This document shows positions 59,383 to 64,000 of a stretch of DNA of 64,000 nucleotides, piece by piece (within the stretch, counting starts at the first letter, position 1; every line of letters begins with the position of its first letter). The stretch is taken from contig OZ360236.1 of NCBI GenBank assembly GCA_977017645.1, positions 52,452,001 through 52,516,000 on the forward strand, read 5' to 3'. A program made the translations under genes and the position numbers. This stretch comes from Torpedo marmorata (Eukaryota). The notes beneath the pieces are model-generated. The model made no database searches. It saw nothing but the letters and a program-made list of their open reading frames with translations, and was not told where the DNA came from.

Positions 59383-62300
59383 TCATATATAAAAAGAGAA
59401 CTTTAGCATATATTAAAAAGTTGAATGTAGATATAGCTTTTTTACAAGAGACACATTTGATAGATTCGGAACATCAAAAGTTAAAAAGTGAATGGGTTGG
59501 TCAAGTGGTGGCTTCTTCATTTAATTCTAAGCAAGAGGGGTAGCTATATTAATTAATAAAAAGTTACCTTTTAAGATACAATCGGTAGTTATAGATGTGG
59601 CAGGTAGATATGTTTTGGTACATTGTCAGATTTATTCAGAACTCTTGACACTTATGAACTTGTATGTACCAAATGCAGATGATGAACAGTTTATTCAAGA
59701 TTCTTTTTTACATTTGTCAGAAGCTAATGAGAATATTTTAGTTGGTGGAGATTTCAACTGTTGTTTAGATCCAATAATGGATAAAACTTCAAGATCACTT
59801 GCTAAAACTAAAATTGCTAAAAGAGTTCTTACTTTGATGAAAGATATTTGGAGGAAATTGAATCCTAGAAAAAAAGATTATTCTTTTTATTCTTTTAGAC
59901 ATGATTCATATTCTAGGATAGATTTATTTTTATTATCTTCACAGGTTCAAAATAGAATAACGCAAGCATCTTATAAAGCGAGAATAATTTCTGATCATTC
60001 ACCTTTATTAATACCTTGTATAATTCCGGAAAAAGAAAAAACTGGAAATAGTTGGAGATTTAATTCTTCTTTATTAAAAAGAAAAGATTTCTGTGATTAT
60101 ATGAGAAGGGAAATTCAGGAATTTTTACAAATAAATTCTAATTCTACTGATAATAAATTTATTATTTGGGAAGCTTTAAAAGCTTATTTAAGAGGCCAAA
60201 TAATAAGTTATTCAGCAAAAATTAAGAAAGATTATCTTAGGGAAGTAGAAAATTTAGAGAAGGAGATTGAATGTTTAGAAAAAGATTTACAAAAAAACAG
60301 ATCAGTTCAAAAAAGGAATAATTTAATTGGGAAGAAATTACATTATAATCTATTACAAACATATAAAATGGAAAAATTAATTGAAGGAACTAAACAAAGA
60401 TACTATGAGTTAGGGGAAAGAGCTCATAAAGTTTTGGCATGGCAATTAAAAAAAGATCAAACTTCTAGAACTATAAATAACCACATAACCATATAACAAT
60501 TACAGCACGGAAACAGGCCATTAGGCCCTTCTAGTCCACACCGAACCAAACACTCCCCTCTAGTCCCACCTACCTGCACCCTGCCCATAACCCTCCACTT
60601 CCTTCTCATCCATATACCTGTCCAACTTTTTCTTAAATAATAAAATTGACTCTGCCGCCACTACTTCTCCCGGAAGCTCATTCCACACCGCTACCACTCT
60701 CTGAGTAAAGAAGTTCCCCCTCATGTTACCTCTAAACCTCTGCCCCTTAACTCTTAACTCATGTCCTCTTGTTTCAATCTCTCCTACTCTTAACGGAAAT
60801 AGTCTATCCACATCCACTCTGTCTATTCCTTTCATAATCTTAAATACCTCTATCAAATCCCCTCTCAACTTTCTACGCTCCAAAGAATAAAGACCTAATC
60901 TGCTCAATCTCTCCTTGTACTCTAGATGCTTAAACCCAGGTAACATTCTGGTAAACCTTCTCTGCACTCTCTCCACCTTGTTGATATCCTTCCTATAATT
61001 TGGCGACCAGAACTGCACACAGAACTCTAAACTAGGCTGCACCAACGCCTTATATAATCTCAACATCACTTCCCAACTCCTATATTCTATGCAATGATTG
61101 ATAAAGGCCAGCATACTAAAAGCCTTCTTCACCACCCTATTCACATGAGTTTCTACCTTCAGGGAACGATGCACCGTTATTCCTAAATCTTTCTGCTCTT
61201 CTGTATTCATCAATGCTCCCCCATTTACTACGTATGTCCTGTTCTGATTCTTCTTACCAAAATGAAGCACCTCACACTTATCAGCATTAAACTCCATTTT
61301 CTATTTTTCAGCCCACTTTTCTAAGCAGCCCAAATCCCTCTGCAATCATCCTTGAAAACCTTCTTCATTATCCACTATTCCACCTATTTTAGTATCGTCT
61401 GCATATTTACTAATCCAGTTCACCACCCCATCATCTAGATAATTAATGTATATAACGAACAACAATGGGCCCAATACAGATCCCTGAGGCACACCGCTGG
61501 TCACCGGCCTCCAACCTGACAGACAATTATCCACTACCACATTCTGGCCTCTCCCTTTCAGCCAATGTTCAATCCATTTGACTATCTCAAAACTTATACC
61601 TAAAGACTGCACCTTCCTAACTAACCTTCCATGTGGTACCTTATCGAAGGCCTTACTGAAGTCCATATAGACAACATCCACCGCGCTACCCTCATCCACA
61701 TTCCTAGTTACCTCTTCAAAAAATTCAATCAGATTGGTCAAACAGGACGTTCCGCTCACAAATCCGTGTTGAGTGTTCCTGATCAGACCCTGTCTATCCA
61801 GATATTTATAAGTACTATCTCTAAGGACTTTCTCCATTAATTTACCTACCACAGACGTCAAACTTACAGGCCGATAGTTGCCAGGCTTCCTCCTTGAACC
61901 CTTTTTAAATAACGGAACCACATGCGCAATACGCCAATCCTCCGGCACTATCCCCATCTCTAATGACATTTGGAAAATCACCGTCAGAGCCTCTGCTATT
62001 TCCTCACTTACTTCTCTCAAGGTCCTGGGGAAGATCCCGTCGGGTCCCGGAGACTTACCCACCTTTATATGCCTCAAAAGCCCTAACACTACATCTTTCG
62101 TAATCCCTATATTCTCCATATTTACCCAATTTGCTTTTTTTATCTGGCATATCCCAATATCCTTCTCCTTGGTGAATACCGAAGAAAAGAAACTGTTCAA
62201 TATCTCCCCCATTTCTCTAGGCTCCACACACAGTTTTCCGCTCTGATTCTCTAAGGGACCAATTTTGTCCCTCGCTTTCCTTTTACGATTAACGTATTTG

Positions 62301-64000
62301 TAGAAACCTTTTGGATTAATTTTCACCCTGCTTGCTATAGTCTCCTCGTACCTTCTTTTAGCTTTCCTAATTCCTCTCTTAAGATTCCTTTTACATTCAA
62401 TGTATTTTTCAAACATCTCCTTAATTCCATGCTTCTTATACTTAATGTACGCCTCCCTTTTTTTTTCGAACCAAGTTTCCAATATTCCTCGAAAACCACG
62501 GCTCTCTCAAACCTTTTGCCCCTCCTTTTAACCTAACAGGAACATAAAGCTTTTGCACTCTCAAAATCTGATCTTTAAAAGACTTCCATCTCTCTACTAC
62601 ATGCCATAAGGAAAAAGAATTCTAGGGAAATAACTTATAAACCTCAAGAAATAAATGATTCTTTTAAAGATTATTATTTGAATTTATATAAATCTCAGAT
62701 TGATCAAGATGATTCTAAAATTACTAGATTTTTATCTAAAATTATATTACCTAAATTAAATACCCAAAGTAGAGAATCTTTCGATTTACCTTTCTCAATG
62801 AGGGAAGTTAATGAAGTTCTTACTTCTTTAAAGAGTGGTAAATCTCCAGGTGAAGATGGATTTCCATCAGAATTTTACAAAGAGTTTAAAGATTTATTAA
62901 TACCTCCATGTATGGATGTATTGAATCAAATTACGGAAACCCACTCATTACCAGATACTTTCTTAAATGCAATAATTACAGTTATACCAAAAAAAGATAG
63001 AGATGTATTGAAAACTGAATCATATAGACCTATTTCATTGTTAAATGTAGATTATAAGATAATGGCAAACATTTTAGCAAAGAGAATGGCTAATTATTTA
63101 CCAGATTTAATTCATGTAGATCAAACTGGTTTTATTAAAAATAGATATTCAAAAGACAATATAGCTAGATTAATTAGTTTAATTAATCTACATAAAAAGA
63201 AGGAAGATTTACCATTAGTTTTAACTTTAGATGCCGAAAAGGCTTTTGATAGATTAGAGTGGAATTTTTTATTTAAGGAATTGGAGAAATTTGGTTTTGG
63301 AAGTACATTTATTAATTGGATTAAAACTATATATAAAGATCCATCTGCTAAAGTAGTTACAAATGGACAAATTTCTTCAAAATTTCCTTTGACTCGATCT
63401 ACTAGACAAGGATGTCCTTTGTCACCAGCGTTATTTATTTTGGCGATAGAACCTTTGGCAGAATTAGTTAGAAAAGATCCTAAAATAGTTGGTATTAAAG
63501 TTGGAATGGAAGAACATAAAATTAGTTTATTTGCAGATGATGTATTGATATATATGACAAAATATACTACATCTTTAGTACAATTGTCTGTGTTATTGAG
63601 AGAATATGGGGAAATATCTGGATATAAAATTAATTCTGATAAAAGTGAAATTATGGCATTATCACAAGGGGATTATAGTAGATGTAAAGAAATTACACAA
63701 TTTAAATGGGAAAAGGAAGGAATTAAATATTTGGGAATAAGGATTGACACAAAATTGGCTAATTTATATAAATTAAATTAATACCATTATTTGTGAAAAT
63801 AAAAAAGGATTTAGAAAATTGGAAAGATTTACCTATAACTTTAATGGGAAGAGTAAATTGTATTAAAATGAATGTTTTTCCAAGAATTCAATATCTTTTT
63901 CAATCAATTCCTTATGAAATTCCTCAAAATTTTTTTAAAGATTTAAATTCAATTATTAGAAAATTTTTATGGAAAGGAAAGTTAGCAAGAGTAGGTATGG
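59383..64000 (+). mobile_element. L1-clade LINE ORF2 (APE endonuclease and RT), a few lesions, interrupted by CR1, running off the window
   Basis: DIAFLQETHL, LVGGDFN, YSRIDLF, ISDHSP, KSPGEDGF, YRPISLLNVDYKI, DAEKAFD, TRQGCPLSP, FADD, KYLG. Confidence 0.96.
60479..62600 (-). mobile_element. CR1 LINE, 5'-truncated, young, inserted in L1 ORF2
   Basis: [52 protein letters not shown]; tail GTTATATGGTTATGTGGTT; the L1 peptide RTIN|AIRKK rejoins across it with AT duplicated. Confidence 0.96.

Noticed and set aside
50755-64000. The 50.7-kb L1 piece as the displaced 3' half of the 59-64 kb L1
   Set aside because: It has its own perfect TSD and poly(A) tail; the apparent continuity with the window end is a coincidence of where the window is cut.

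Overview
Eukaryotic (vertebrate) genomic DNA. The repeat content (HE1-type V-SINEs, CR1 and Rex1/Babar LINEs, Penelope-derived foldbacks) suggests a cartilaginous fish, probably a ray or skate; this is inference. No intact cellular protein-coding gene is recognisable. Every long ORF is either a retroelement ORF2 fragment (Rex1/Babar, CR1, L1-clade, Penelope GIY-YIG) or a read-through of a 77 x 51-bp minisatellite. About 9-33 kb and 56-59 kb are repeat-poor and look like a large intron or gene desert with conserved-noncoding-like blocks, a few well-formed candidate minus-strand exons and a possible long 3' UTR. The most notable items are: (1) minimal hammerhead-ribozyme cores in Penelope terminal repeats and short foldback derivatives; (2) a 5S rRNA-headed SINE with a Rex1/Babar-type tail; (3) a Rex1/Babar copy inserted antisense into its own family, creating a ~630-bp inverted repeat; (4) three adjacent CpG-rich Harbinger-like elements, each carrying a CRE palindrome; (5) an indel-free minisatellite open in all three plus-strand frames, behind a splice acceptor and a Kozak ATG. 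All family assignments are by eye from motifs, not database searches, and boundaries of old elements are approximate.
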